Of a stretch of 64,000 nt of DNA, positions 63,860 through 64,000 are shown one piece after another (within the stretch, counting starts at the first letter, position 1; each line of letters opens with the position of its first letter). Under the pieces are notes generated by a model, which saw only the letters and a program-made list of their open reading frames with translations, made no database searches and was not told the origin of the DNA. The DNA comes from Octopus bimaculoides (taxonomy: Eukaryota): assembly GCF_001194135.2 (NCBI RefSeq), contig NC_068981.1:85622152-85686151 (forward strand). The letters are read 5' to 3'. A program made the translations under genes and the position numbers.

Positions 63860-64000
63860 TGTTGGCACTCCGTCGCTTACGACGTCGAGGGTTCCAGTTG
63901 ATCCGATCAACGGAACAGCCTGCTCGTGAAATTAACGTGCAAGTGGCTGAGCACTCCACAGACACGTGTACCCTTAACGTAGTTCTCGGGGATATTCAGC
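63860..64000 (-). mobile_element. 3' part of young SINE (family of 21271-21638), runs off window
   Basis: Near-identical to 21272-21400 and CpG-intact. Confidence 0.85.

Overview
AT-rich, repeat-dense animal genomic scaffold with N gaps. The SINE families and microsatellite load look octopus/coleoid-like (inference from recognition, not a database search). Two spliced protein-coding genes lie in tandem on the minus strand. (1) CEP89 (centrosomal coiled-coil protein): 11 exons from 63076 down to the stop at 37592, with a polyA signal at 37475; its 5' part lies beyond the window. (2) DNAJC10/ERdj5 (ER J-domain/thioredoxin reductase): a candidate non-coding first exon ending at 34775 and 9 frame-consistent coding exons from 13930 to 1201; its 3' part lies beyond the window start. 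The exon with the signal peptide and HPD motif was not found and may sit in an N gap. Upstream of DNAJC10 are a perfect ERSE (CCAAT-N9-CCACG, 35311-35329) and a CRE palindrome. The introns hold tRNA-derived SINEs, RTE LINE remnants, hAT/mariner/piggyBac-type MITEs, foldback elements and a decayed Gypsy element with a tRNA-Ser PBS. They also hold two Penelope-like insertions with inverted terminal repeats. Those repeats carry hammerhead-like cores plus an embedded tRNA-like module that is cleanly absent from one inverted arm; this is the most novel-looking signal here. No CRISPR, rRNA or true tRNA genes were found.
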